From the IMG/VR virus record IMGVR_UViG_3300034980_000290: a DNA stretch of 44,531 bases; one strand, given 5' to 3'. This document shows, one piece after another, positions 16,812-24,985 of the stretch. Numbering within the stretch: the stretch's first letter is position 1; each line of letters starts with the position of its first letter. The notes below the pieces were generated by a model, which was given only the letters and a program-made list of their open reading frames with translations, did not search any database and was not told where the DNA came from. The stretch comes from a virus (Duplodnaviria; Heunggongvirae; Uroviricota; Caudoviricetes). A program made the position numbers and the translations under genes.

Positions 16812-18945
16812 GAGCCTGAAAAAGCTCGGCAAGATCTGCATTGCCAACTTGCAAGGGTTGAGGGACACTGGCAAGCTCTTCGCACCGTATCCTGACTACT
16901 GGAACCGGCTGATGTATGAGCTGCGGGTCATTGGAGACCTGGGCTATGAAGACATCTTTCTCATCACAATGCAGGCAATCCAGCATGCCAGATCTAAGGG
17001 TGTTGTGGTGGGGCCTGCTCGTGGGTCCGCTGCTGGCAGCCTCGTTTGTCATACATGCGGTATTACTCATGGCGTTGACCCCATTCGTTTTGGCCTTCGT
17101 TTTGAGCGGTTTCTCAACCCCGACCGCGTAACCAGCGCCGACATCGATGTCGACTTCAGTGACAGGGAGGTGCCGATCCAGTTTCTCATTGACACGTATG
17201 GTGAGAACAGGGTCATCTACGTAGGCACCAAGGGGCTATTCAAGATCAAGTCGGCGCTGGATGAGTTCGCAAGGGTGTTTGATGTCAACTTTGTGGACGC
17301 CAAGCGGGTCAACAAGTGCTTTGATGACAAGGGTGAGGTAGTCAAGGAGGAGGAACACGCCCGATGGAGGGCTGCCTACCCTGATTGGTTCGCAACAGCA
17401 GAGTTCTTTGCGGACAGTAAGCGTTTCCGCAACGCCAGTAGGCACCCCAGTGCGGTGATTGTTGCCGATGGGCCGGTGGGTAGAGAAATCCCATTGCAAA
17501 GCGTCACTGACAGCAAGACAAAGAAGAGGGTGCTCACCACAGAGTGGGATGGCGACGAACTTGAAGCCATTGGGTTCACCAAGTTCGACTTCCTACGTAT
17601 CAGCGTGTTGGATGTGATCCGCGACACCATCCTCATGGTCAACAATCGTTCCCCGGGCACACTACCGAGCCCCGACACGATATTCGATGATCCAGACTAC
17701 ACTGACCGCAAGACTCTGGAGCTGTTGGATGCCGCAGACCTCAATGGGGTCTTCCAGGTGTGGAAGGGTGAGCCGGTAGGGTTGTTCAGAAAGATGAATG
17801 TGCGTGGGTTTGAGGATGTGTACCACGTCACCACGGTCATCCGCCCAGGCATTGATCGCAAGGAGTACCTGGATGCCCACGCCAACCCGAACGGTGTGGT
17901 CTACCCGGCGCCCATCTTGAAGGAAATCCTGGGTGAGACTTACGGCCTCATCATGTACCAGGAACAGATCATGGACCTGTGCCACAAGATGGCAGGGTTC
18001 ACGCTTGCCCAGGCTGACACCATTCGCAAGATCATCAGCAAGACCAGCAACCTGGGTGACACGCTGAGTCTTGAACCGTACCGCGTGCAGTTCATCGAAG
18101 GCTGTGTCACCAACGGCTATGACCGGGCGCTGGCCGAGACGCTGTGGGCAGAGATCCTCAAGCGGCAGAAGTATGGATTCAACAAGAGCCACGCTGTGGC
18201 CTACTCACTCATCAGCTGGATCACTGCATACTTGAAGGCGCACCACCCGCATGAGTTCTTGGTGGCCTGCCTCAACGACAAGAATGAGGGCAGGTTCACT
18301 GACGATTTGGTAAAGCGAGGCTTTACCATCTTGCCGCCCGATGTGCAGAGCAGCAAGGTCGACCATGTTGTAGTACAGGGCGGCATGCGCTTCGGACTCA
18401 GGCACATCAAGGGTGTGGGCCAGGGCAGCAAGATCATTGAGCAGATGCAGCCCTTTGCAGATCGCGCAGACTTCACACAGCGGTGCAGGCTCAGTAGCGA
18501 TGTGATGGATGTGCTTGAGGCCGTGGGCGCCCTGGACTCTCTCCCTGATCGCGATGTGTTAGGGAACTTGGTGGCCAAGAGACAGAGTGCCGCTGGCAGG
18601 CTGGCAGCAGAGCGAGAGAACTTGGGCTACTATGTGACCGGAAACCCGCTGGACCCATTCAAAGATCAGCTTGCAGGGTCTTGCGTCAACAAGAACGTGG
18701 CAGCCAAGACCATCAAGCTGGGCGGTATTGTGACAAGGCTCAAGCCACACACAACTGGCAAGCAGAAGCTGATGGCGTTTGTAACTATTCAGACGGCAGG
18801 CGATGACATTGAGGTCATCATCTGGCCAGAGGACTGGGACCGTGTAAAGGATGTGCTCAGGCCAGACACGGTGCTTATCGGCGAGGGGAGGCGCACCGAA
18901 AGAGGCGGCTATGCTCTTGGCAGAATAACTATCCTCAGCCAATGA
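16798..18945 (+). CDS. dnaE: DNA polymerase III alpha catalytic part (palm-fingers-HhH-OB), lacking the PHP domain
   Basis: GPARGSAAGSLV, FERFLNPDR, ADIDVDF, HPSAV, KFDFL, YQEQIM, YGFNKSHAVAY, RFGLRHIKGVG, ERENLGYYVTGNP and a C-terminal OB fold. Confidence 0.95.
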   Translation: MPASESLKKLGKICIANLQGLRDTGKLFAPYPDYWNRLMYELRVIGDLGYEDIFLITMQAIQHARSKGVVVGPARGSAAGSLVCHTCGITHGVDPIRFGLRFERFLNPDRVTSADIDVDFSDREVPIQFLIDTYGENRVIYVGTKGLFKIKSALDEFARVFDVNFVDAKRVNKCFDDKGEVVKEEEHARWRAAYPDWFATAEFFADSKRFRNASRHPSAVIVADGPVGREIPLQSVTDSKTKKRVLTTEWDGDELEAIGFTKFDFLRISVLDVIRDTILMVNNRSPGTLPSPDTIFDDPDYTDRKTLELLDAADLNGVFQVWKGEPVGLFRKMNVRGFEDVYHVTTVIRPGIDRKEYLDAHANPNGVVYPAPILKEILGETYGLIMYQEQIMDLCHKMAGFTLAQADTIRKIISKTSNLGDTLSLEPYRVQFIEGCVTNGYDRALAETLWAEILKRQKYGFNKSHAVAYSLISWITAYLKAHHPHEFLVACLNDKNEGRFTDDLVKRGFTILPPDVQSSKVDHVVVQGGMRFGLRHIKGVGQGSKIIEQMQPFADRADFTQRCRLSSDVMDVLEAVGALDSLPDRDVLGNLVAKRQSAAGRLAAERENLGYYVTGNPLDPFKDQLAGSCVNKNVAAKTIKLGGIVTRLKPHTTGKQKLMAFVTIQTAGDDIEVIIWPEDWDRVKDVLRPDTVLIGEGRRTERGGYALGRITILSQ

Positions 18946-18997
18946 TCTGCCGTTTAGTAGTACGTCGGCCACGTGGGTGGCGGTATATTATTGCGCC

Positions 18998-19528
18998 ATG
19001 CCCATATGTGTTTCATGCAATGCCCAGTACATCACCAACAAGCGTCACATCTGTACGTTGCAGAGTCATGGTGAGTACAACGAAGGCATCCATAAGCGTA
19101 CCACGTTCACCTTTGGTAAGTTCAAGAACAACACCATCTGGCAGTGCGTGGAAAGTGATGACCACAGGACGCACGGCTACTTGCACTGGATGGCAGGCAA
19201 GGACTTCAAGCGTACCACCATTGAGAGTGTGCACGCCTGGACTGAACAACACGTACGGTATCTCATCAGGCAAGGGCTTGACAACGCCGCCCGCCGATGG
19301 AAGGGTGTGCGTGTTGCCCTGGCCACGGCACTTGAGCGATACGACGCTGCCGGTAAGCCCACGCCAAGGCCCCGTGAAGGACTGGGCTGGACTGATAACC
19401 AAGCAGAACAGAACGTCTTTGAAGCCGCCGACGAGAATGAGAACCGGCGGCGTGCCGCAGAAGGATTGGCGGCCCACAACCCTCCCATGACCACTGAGGA
19501 TGCACTGGACGTGCTGAACGATCTCTAA
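18998..19528 (+). CDS. Hypothetical protein with N-terminal CxxC
   Basis: MPICVSC...; ORF fills the gap between dnaE and the next gene. Confidence 0.65.
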   Translation: MPICVSCNAQYITNKRHICTLQSHGEYNEGIHKRTTFTFGKFKNNTIWQCVESDDHRTHGYLHWMAGKDFKRTTIESVHAWTEQHVRYLIRQGLDNAARRWKGVRVALATALERYDAAGKPTPRPREGLGWTDNQAEQNVFEAADENENRRRAAEGLAAHNPPMTTEDALDVLNDL

Positions 19529-20100
19529 TGCCTGCCTACGAAGAAGTGCACGAATACTACAGCGAGATGCTCAAGCTGTGGACCAACGTAGGCGAAGAGG
19601 TCACAGTGGATGCGGTCAACCGTGCGTTGTCCAACTGGCATGCTGTGGGGGTGTACCTCACGCAAGTGCAGCGGGAGTACGACGCCGAGCTGTTCGTTGC
19701 AGAGCAGGGCTTGCAGCGGAACGAAGATGTGTGGTTCAACGAGGCCACCGCCGCCCTGAAAGCCGTGAACACGGCAGCCAGTTTCTTCCCATCCAGCCGG
19801 GCAGTAGATGCCTGGGTGACTGGGGCGCACGACGCAGAACGAACGCAGCTCAGGGACAGCGTGCAGACCATCAAGGCCGCGCAGCACAGTCTGAGCCAAC
19901 TCCGTCGTACACATGAGAAGTACGCGGGTGTGCTTGCCACCCTCAGCAGCAACTTGAGGACTGATTTCATGTACGCTGGGCAGGGAACCGATCCTCTGGG
20001 CGCTGGGCAAGTAGGCGCGACATTTCCGGGTGGTGCCCGCCGACATCAGGCAGGTCGTCCTGGAGTGGATACTGACGTGGACTTCATGAAGAACGCTTAG
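19528..20100 (+). CDS. Helical protein, possibly a UvsY-like recombination mediator
   Basis: Long-helix pattern ending LATLSSNLRTDF; position just before the SSB and RecA genes. Confidence 0.35.
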   Translation: MPAYEEVHEYYSEMLKLWTNVGEEVTVDAVNRALSNWHAVGVYLTQVQREYDAELFVAEQGLQRNEDVWFNEATAALKAVNTAASFFPSSRAVDAWVTGAHDAERTQLRDSVQTIKAAQHSLSQLRRTHEKYAGVLATLSSNLRTDFMYAGQGTDPLGAGQVGATFPGGARRHQAGRPGVDTDVDFMKNA

Positions 20101-20121
20101 GGCGCCAGCTACCAAGGAGAA

Positions 20122-21462
20122 ATGAACGTGACCGGACAAGGCAACCTCGACGCAATGCTGAACACCGCCGACACTTTGGCGGCTGGTGGTCAGTATCAGA
20201 CGTACGAGCGCGCCATCCTGGGCAAGCAACACGACGGGACCTCGGTGGGTATGCTGCGAGTGAGACTGCTCCAGCCCTTCGCAGAGTTCTTCGAGTTGTG
20301 GTGTGAACAGCAGCCCGGCCCCGGCATCCAAGCCGATGCCATCGGGAAGCCGCGCCGTATTGTCAGCAAGGGATGGAAGCGCACACAGGGAGGCTCCTAC
20401 GAGCACCTCTGCCCGCTGAGCCAAACGCTCAACGACTACCGCGACAGTGATGACCCTGCCCTCGTGCAGCTGAACAAGGACTGGCGTATCACCCGGTTCT
20501 TCGCGTTCAACGTCGCCGTGCAGGATCTCCACAGCGGGGAAGTCGACCCGTGGTGCCTGGAGAATGGCCACGCCAAGCTCCTGACCCTGCACCGCTCCAC
20601 CTACGGCATCAAGGCGCAGCTGTTCCAGGCCATCGCCGATGAGCTGCGGGTGCAGAAGGGTTACAACCCGAACATCACCCTGGACGGCATCGACCTGGTC
20701 CTGACCCGTACGGGCACCGGGCTGAACACCGAGTACGGATGCTCGGCTCCGCCCAACCAGACCACCCTGGACGTGGCGCCGTTCCAGAAGTACAACTTCG
20801 ACGAGATCACGCAGCTGACTCCCGTCGCCATGATGCAGCAGATCACCGGCATTGACTTGGGGGTGGCAGCTAACGCCGCCGCCCATGCGGTCAACGCCGA
20901 CGCTCCTGGGAACCCGGTGGCGGCACAACCGCAGACCGGTCAACCCGTTGCGGCCCCACAGGCCGCAGCAACCCCGACTCCGGTCGGGGCACCCGTGGCA
21001 GCCGCCACGCCGTCCCCGGTAGCTGCGGGAGGGGCCGCTGTCGCACCAGCGGCGGCGCCCGAGATGGCAGCACCCCCAGGAGCACCTACAACGCCTGTGG
21101 TCGCACCAGCAGCAGCGGTCGCCCCGCCTGCGGCGCCGATCGCTGGAGCACCGCCGGGCAGCCCGGTCACTCCCCAAGCTACGCCAACGACACCCCCTCC
21201 GGCCACCGTGGCTCCTGCGGCTCCCGCCGAGGCTCCACAACCCGCCGCGACGGTCCCTCAAGGCAACGCAGCGGTGACACCGGAACCTGCTGCGGCAGCT
21301 CCAGCCCCGGCACCCGCACAGGAACCGGCGCCCGTCGCAGCTGAACCGGCTGCTCAGGCATGCCCGCACTGTGGCACGGCTGTCACGGTGCCCGAAGCCT
21401 TGTTGGGCAAGACGGTTGCTTGCCCGAGCTGCGCCCAGCAGTTTGAGACGGCACCCTTCTGA
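20122..21462 (+). CDS. gp32-like single-stranded DNA-binding protein with Pro/Ala linker and C-terminal zinc ribbon
   Basis: RVRLLQP, HLCPL, RFFAFNVAV, GIDLVLTRTGTGLNTEY; tail CPHCG...CPSCAQQFETAPF. Confidence 0.7.
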   Translation: MNVTGQGNLDAMLNTADTLAAGGQYQTYERAILGKQHDGTSVGMLRVRLLQPFAEFFELWCEQQPGPGIQADAIGKPRRIVSKGWKRTQGGSYEHLCPLSQTLNDYRDSDDPALVQLNKDWRITRFFAFNVAVQDLHSGEVDPWCLENGHAKLLTLHRSTYGIKAQLFQAIADELRVQKGYNPNITLDGIDLVLTRTGTGLNTEYGCSAPPNQTTLDVAPFQKYNFDEITQLTPVAMMQQITGIDLGVAANAAAHAVNADAPGNPVAAQPQTGQPVAAPQAAATPTPVGAPVAAATPSPVAAGGAAVAPAAAPEMAAPPGAPTTPVVAPAAAVAPPAAPIAGAPPGSPVTPQATPTTPPPATVAPAAPAEAPQPAATVPQGNAAVTPEPAAAAPAPAPAQEPAPVAAEPAAQACPHCGTAVTVPEALLGKTVACPSCAQQFETAPF

Positions 21463-21470
21463 GGGACTGT

Positions 21471-21511
21471 TGGGGGCCACCACTCGCATGGCCGGTGGCC
21501 CCCACTTTTTT
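21471..21511 (+). terminator. Intrinsic terminator after the SSB gene
   Basis: TGGGGGCCACC pairs with GGTGGCCCCCA (11 bp), followed by C and a T6 run. Confidence 0.75.
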
Positions 21512-21515
21512 CACC

Positions 21516-21758
21516 ATGGCAGAACCAGTCCAGTTCCCGGGTGGTAACTTCGTCTACCATGCGCCAAAGGGGCATGAGGATGAGATACAGAGCCTCCCCT
21601 GTTACCGTGACGGCAACGCTGTGCTGTCATGCTGGAAGCTGGACGGCCAAGAGTTGATGGACGTGCTTGAGACCGGCATAGTGTGGGTGTGGGTTCAGCC
21701 ACCGCCGGAAGGCATGATACCCCTCAAGGTTCAAATCAGCGACCCATTTGTAGAGTGA
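21516..21758 (+). CDS. Small conserved-looking phage hypothetical protein
   Basis: 80 aa; pattern P-x-x-F...SLPC...SCWKL...ETGIVWVWV...PP recurs in small phage proteins. Confidence 0.65.
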   Translation: MAEPVQFPGGNFVYHAPKGHEDEIQSLPCYRDGNAVLSCWKLDGQELMDVLETGIVWVWVQPPPEGMIPLKVQISDPFVE

Positions 21759-21759
21759 C

Positions 21760-22848
21760 ATGCCAGATCTCATCCACACAATACTCGCCAAGATCGAGAA
21801 GCAGTGCAAAGCCATCAAGAAGGGCTTTGATGTACCGGCGTTCATCTTGTCAGAAAACGATGACAGGTACGCCGGGACCAGGATGGCTACGGGCAGCCCC
21901 AAGATTGATGGCCTGCTGCACGGCGGATTCCCCTGCGGCAAGGTGGTTGAGATCTTCGGTGGCGAGGCCAGCGGCAAGACCACCACCTGCCTGACCATGA
22001 TTGCCGGGGCGCAACGCGCCTCCAAGAACGTGATCGTGGTGTTCATTGATGCAGAGCACGCCCTGGATGTTGATTACGCCGTGCGCATTGGGATTGATCC
22101 TGCCCGCATCGTCATCCAGCAGCCCGACTACGGGGAGCAGGCTCTTGAGTTGGTGAAGCAGGCATGCCTTGCCAAGCTCTCAGATCCAGCCTTGGCTACC
22201 TCACAGCTGATCATTGTGGTTGACAGTGTGGCTGCGCTGGTGCCAAAGTGTGAGTTCGAGGCAGAACAAATCGATGGATCAGGTGGTATGGCCTCCCAGG
22301 CACAGATGATGAGCCAAGCCATGCGTCAGATCATCGGGCCGATCAGCAACGCCAACGCTTGCGCCGTATTTGTGAACCAGACACGTGAGATGATGAACAG
22401 CAAGGCGCACACCACCCCGGGTGGCCGTGCGTTGAAGTTCTACTCTGCACTGCGGCTCAAGATGGCCCGCATTGAGAAGTGGGAGATTGGTGACGGCAAC
22501 AAGTGCCAGATGGAAGTGGCCAAGTCCAAGCTGTTCCCGCCATTCAAGAAGACCACCTTCCACATCGGCCCCAACGGAATCGACAACTGGATTGGGCTGG
22601 TTGAAGAGGGTTGTGAGCTGAAGGTGATCACCAAGAAGGGCTCTTGGCTCAAGCTGGGTGAGACCTCCATTGGGCAGGGCATCATCAAGGCACGGGACTA
22701 CATCAAGGCCAACCCGGAGGCCGCACAGGAGGTGGTCAACGGCATCGCCGCTGCCCATGCTGCGGGGGTGAAGCCCATAGCGACGGCAGCCCCAGCCCCG
22801 CCACCGGACGGTGACCTTGAAGCTGACAAGGAGCTGATGGCAGGATGA
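21760..22848 (+). CDS. recA: RecA recombinase
   Basis: GGFPCGKVVEIFGGEASGKTT, FIDAEHALD, QPDYGEQAL, VVDSVAALVPK, FVNQTR, PGGRALKFYS. Confidence 0.95.
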   Translation: MPDLIHTILAKIEKQCKAIKKGFDVPAFILSENDDRYAGTRMATGSPKIDGLLHGGFPCGKVVEIFGGEASGKTTTCLTMIAGAQRASKNVIVVFIDAEHALDVDYAVRIGIDPARIVIQQPDYGEQALELVKQACLAKLSDPALATSQLIIVVDSVAALVPKCEFEAEQIDGSGGMASQAQMMSQAMRQIIGPISNANACAVFVNQTREMMNSKAHTTPGGRALKFYSALRLKMARIEKWEIGDGNKCQMEVAKSKLFPPFKKTTFHIGPNGIDNWIGLVEEGCELKVITKKGSWLKLGETSIGQGIIKARDYIKANPEAAQEVVNGIAAAHAAGVKPIATAAPAPPPDGDLEADKELMAG

Positions 22849-23000
22849 AACCTGATACTATCTTCTGGGTTGGGACGGTGATCGCTGTCGTGTCCTGCGT
22901 CTTGCTTCAGCAAGTTATGCCTGGACCGCTTGCTGCATTTCTTTCACTCGCGATTGGCATTGGTTCTATGTGCGGGATTGCGAGGATGTGTAGGCGATGA
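22845..23000 (+). CDS. 51-aa two-TM membrane protein (not in the ORF track)
   Basis: ATGA overlaps at both ends; MKPDTIFWVGTVIAVVSCVLLQQVMPGPLAAFLSLAIGIGSMCGIARMCRR. Confidence 0.65.
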   Translation: MKPDTIFWVGTVIAVVSCVLLQQVMPGPLAAFLSLAIGIGSMCGIARMCRR

Positions 23001-24028
23001 AGATCCTATTCAGTGGTGACTGGCACCTTGGTTTGACCACACACAGCCGGGTCTTGGATGGTGTGAATACCCGGACCGCTGAGCTGCAAAAGGTCATCGA
23101 CCACATGGTGGCGTGGGCTATTGAGCACCAAGTAGACTGGTTCGTTCAGATGGGCGATCTATTCCACCGCAGCAGCCCCAGCGTTGATGACCTGGACTAT
23201 GCCATGAGGGCATTCGGCACTCTGGCAGCCAACGGCATCCGCTGCTTCATCATTGACGGCAACCACGACGCCCCGGCGCAGGAGGGTAGGGTCACACCCA
23301 TCGCGCTGATGAGGCAGGTGCATGATGAGAATGTGGTGGTGGTTGAGATGGGTGCCCCAGAGAAGTGGCCGATTCCTGGTGCCAACCAGAGGGACATGCA
23401 CCTCATCCCGTATGCGACTCCGCTGGAAGCTTTGCAGCCCACCACAAGGTCCCTTGTGGTGGGGCACACTTCCCTTACGGGGGCGGTAGCCGGGCACGAG
23501 GCCGCCCTCCTGAGCCGCTACTGCATGACAGAGGACCCGCCAGATGCAGCGTGGGTTATCTGCGGCCACTTGCACAAACCGCAGTACCTTGTGAACGATG
23601 GCCAACATTTCGTAGCATACAGCGGCAGCATCATCCAGAACGACTTTGGTGAGCGGGGGGACCAGAAGGGGTTCCTGGTGTGGGATGAGGGCGTGATGGA
23701 GTTCCACCGCACCCCGCACCATGAGCTTGTCCAACTTGATTACAACGTGCAGCCGTGGCCAACCGAATTCCTCAACGGTGAAATCGTAAAGGTGACGGGG
23801 GTGGTGGATGGATTTGTTGACACGGCAGCCATTGAGCGCACGCTCTATGAAGTGGGTGCCCACTGTGTCACCATCGACATCCGTAGCACCCACCAAGTGG
23901 CCGCACGCGATGAGAACATGACCGCAGACCAAAGCCTCGCCCAGCTCTGGGAAAGGTACTGCGCTGTTGACCAAGCCAGCCCTGAGGTCCAAGCCGCTGG
24001 GTTGCAGGTGATTGAAGGACTACAATGA
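22997..24028 (+). CDS. sbcD: SbcD/Mre11-like nuclease
   Basis: GDWHLG, GDLF, GNHD, GHT, GHLH and YSGS metallophosphoesterase motifs. Confidence 0.9.
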   Translation: MKILFSGDWHLGLTTHSRVLDGVNTRTAELQKVIDHMVAWAIEHQVDWFVQMGDLFHRSSPSVDDLDYAMRAFGTLAANGIRCFIIDGNHDAPAQEGRVTPIALMRQVHDENVVVVEMGAPEKWPIPGANQRDMHLIPYATPLEALQPTTRSLVVGHTSLTGAVAGHEAALLSRYCMTEDPPDAAWVICGHLHKPQYLVNDGQHFVAYSGSIIQNDFGERGDQKGFLVWDEGVMEFHRTPHHELVQLDYNVQPWPTEFLNGEIVKVTGVVDGFVDTAAIERTLYEVGAHCVTIDIRSTHQVAARDENMTADQSLAQLWERYCAVDQASPEVQAAGLQVIEGLQ

Positions 24029-24357
24029 GCGAAGAGCACGAAAACGCAGGCGCCCAAGACCTGTGCCCCGACAAGATTGTCCTGTTCTCCCTCGGCCCGC
24101 CTGCCGGTGAGCCTATGTACCGTCTGGTGCTGGAGATCCCTGGCATCAAGCGCATGATCGGCAACCGCCAGCAGGTGCTCGGTGAAGCCCGAGACGCCAT
24201 CATGGCGCAGCTTGACATGAAGGGCGATTGCGATCTGGCTATCAACAACCGCGCCCTGGCAGCGCGTGTGACTGAAGCCATGCGCGACGGCAACCCGCAC
24301 AGTGACCCTCAAGGCGAGGCTTACTTGAGGGACATCGCCGATGCCGCGCAGCAGTAG
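24025..24357 (+). CDS. Hypothetical protein
   Basis: 110-aa ATGA-coupled ORF. Confidence 0.7.
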   Translation: MSEEHENAGAQDLCPDKIVLFSLGPPAGEPMYRLVLEIPGIKRMIGNRQQVLGEARDAIMAQLDMKGDCDLAINNRALAARVTEAMRDGNPHSDPQGEAYLRDIADAAQQ

Positions 24358-24373
24358 AGACTTCAGCAAGCAG

Positions 24374-24985
24374 ATGGCTTTTGGCATTGACCAGAGCCAG
24401 ACTGGCTGTGGCGTTTCCTGCATCCGTGTGAGCGATGGGTACCTGTTCGGCAGCACCACGTTCGCAACCGACAAGGAGATGTGGCCCAGGGAGGAGGACT
24501 ATCTCTTCCAACTGGTGCGCGACATGAAGTCGTGGATCCAGCCGATGATGTTCAACCACGGGAGGCTGAACAGGTCGGACATCATCATCACACTGGAAGA
24601 CCACGGGTTCCAGCAGTACGGCAACGCCCACCTGAACCTCGTGCTGGCCGGGATGATCTGGTACTGGGGCATAGAAGACATGTACCTTGACCCCGGCTAT
24701 GACTTCCACAAGTGCCTGCCCGGTGTGTGGAAGAAATGGGCCAAGGTCAAGAAGCCCAAGATGGAGATGAAGAAGGCTCGCAAGAAGGGCGAGACCGATG
24801 AGGCGTTTGCGGTACGCAAACCGAGTACGAAGCTGGATGTGGAGGGGTACAAGGCGATGTACCCAGGCTTCGGCAAGAACGAGAACGAGCTTGACGCCTA
24901 CTTCATTGGGCTGTACGGCGTACACTTGTGGGGGCAGGCGCACGCAGCGCGGGCCAAGATGAAAGCGGAACAGGGGGCACCTTGA
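24374..24985 (+). CDS. RuvC-like Holliday junction resolvase
   Basis: FGIDQSQTGCG, ITLED, WKK and NELDAYFIG acidic catalytic set. Confidence 0.75.
   Translation: MAFGIDQSQTGCGVSCIRVSDGYLFGSTTFATDKEMWPREEDYLFQLVRDMKSWIQPMMFNHGRLNRSDIIITLEDHGFQQYGNAHLNLVLAGMIWYWGIEDMYLDPGYDFHKCLPGVWKKWAKVKKPKMEMKKARKKGETDEAFAVRKPSTKLDVEGYKAMYPGFGKNENELDAYFIGLYGVHLWGQAHAARAKMKAEQGAP

Noticed and set aside
19525-21489. 654-aa minus-strand ORF and many other long antisense ORFs
   Set aside because: Shadows of GC-rich, Pro/Ala-coding plus-strand genes; Arg/Gly/Cys-rich nonsense composition, no motifs, and all credible genes are on the + strand.
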